Below, in pieces: positions 12,430-13,240 of a stretch of 13,240 bases of DNA. Source of the stretch: Candidatus Eiseniibacteriota bacterium (lineage in GTDB: Bacteria > ARS69); NCBI GenBank assembly GCA_052390515.1, contig JBQTGV010000102.1, forward strand, positions 1 through 13,240. The letters are read 5' to 3'. Both the position numbers and the translations under genes were made by a program. Each line of letters opens with the position of its first letter. Positions within the stretch are counted from its first letter, which is position 1. The notes beneath the pieces were generated by a model that was not told the origin of the DNA, ran no database searches, and worked only from the letters and a program-made list of their open reading frames with translations.

Positions 12430-13240
12430 ATGCCCGAACTCCCCGAAGTCGAGACGATCGCGCGCGGGATCGAGGCCGTCGTCGGCCAGGAGATCGCCGC
12501 CGTCGTGCTGGGCAAGCACGACTGGGTGCGCTTTCCGCCGCCGTCGGCCAAGGCGCATCTCGTGGGACGGCGGATCGGCGCCGTGCAACGCCGGGGCAAG
12601 CAGATCCGCATCGTGCTCGAGCCGGAGGGCAGCATCGTCGTGCGGCTCGGCATGACCGGGCAGATCACGCTCTCGCCTTCGGGGGAGCCGGCGGCGCCGC
12701 ACACGCACCTTCGCCTCCGCCTCGCCGGGAACGGCCATGAGCTCCGCTTCCGCGACGCGCGCCGCTTCGGCGGCGTCTGGATCCGGCGGACGGAGAGCGA
12801 CCCCGCGCCGGATCTCCCCGGGCCGGACGCGCTCGACGTGGGGCTCGCCGAGTTCCGCGCGCTCCTCGCGCGGCCGCGGCAGGTGAAGGCGCTCCTGCTC
12901 GATCAGCGCGTCCTCTCCGGCGTCGGGAACATCTACGCCGACGAGTCGCTCTTCGCCGCGCGCATCCATCCGAAGGCCGTGGCGGCGAGGCTCGCGCCGG
13001 GCCGCGTGCGCGACCTGCACCGCGCGCTTCGCCGGATCCTCCGCCGCGCGATCGCCGACGGCGGCTCGACGCTGCGGGACTACCTCGACGCCGGCGGGAA
13101 CCCCGGCGACTTCCAGACCCGGCACCGGGTCTACGGGCGGGAGGGGGAGCCGTGTCCGCGGTGCGGCGCGACGATCCGGAGGATCCAGGCGGCGGGGCGG
13201 TCGTCGCATGTGTGTGGGAGGTGTCAGCGGGGGCCGCGCA
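12430..13240 (+). CDS. mutM: Formamidopyrimidine-DNA glycosylase Fpg/MutM, 3' end runs off the window (hence missing from the ORF track)
   Basis: Translated by hand: MPELPEVETIARG, RRGK, LGMTG, FRDARRFG, H2TH KALLLDQRVLSGVGNIYADESLF..IHP, and zinc finger VYGREGEPCPRCG..GRSSHVCGRCQ. No stop codon within the window. Confidence 0.97.
   Translation, partial: MPELPEVETIARGIEAVVGQEIAAVVLGKHDWVRFPPPSAKAHLVGRRIGAVQRRGKQIRIVLEPEGSIVVRLGMTGQITLSPSGEPAAPHTHLRLRLAGNGHELRFRDARRFGGVWIRRTESDPAPDLPGPDALDVGLAEFRALLARPRQVKALLLDQRVLSGVGNIYADESLFAARIHPKAVAARLAPGRVRDLHRALRRILRRAIADGGSTLRDYLDAGGNPGDFQTRHRVYGREGEPCPRCGATIRRIQAAGRSSHVCGRCQRGPR

Overview
GC-rich (roughly 70% by eye) chromosomal-looking DNA from a diderm bacterium, since it encodes several outer-membrane beta-barrels and lipoproteins. 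The taxon cannot be fixed from the sequence. Bases 1-313 are a near-perfect fold-back palindrome that truncates a membrane-protein gene and is most likely an amplification or assembly artefact. An acidic lipoprotein gene follows on the minus strand. A divergent plus-strand run then encodes envelope proteins: a Cyc2-like monoheme cytochrome c/beta-barrel fusion, a YceI protein, a YjbH/GfcD-like protein with its halves apparently in swapped order, a small symmetric Cys-rich exported protein and a Thr-type sulfatase-like/TPR lipoprotein. Converging on this run are a second Thr-type sulfatase-like lipoprotein and an SppA (S49) peptidase with an extra N-terminal barrel-like domain. The right end has a mazE-mazF type II TA locus with a clear sigma70 promoter, a perfect 20-bp palindromic operator, a probably leaderless mRNA and a toxin broken by a 1-nt deletion. 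A repeat- and structure-rich intergenic stretch and a mutM/fpg gene running off the window complete it. The best candidate for an undescribed system is the cytochrome-porin + YceI + permuted YjbH + Cys-hairpin envelope cluster. All family assignments are from motif recognition; no database searches were run.
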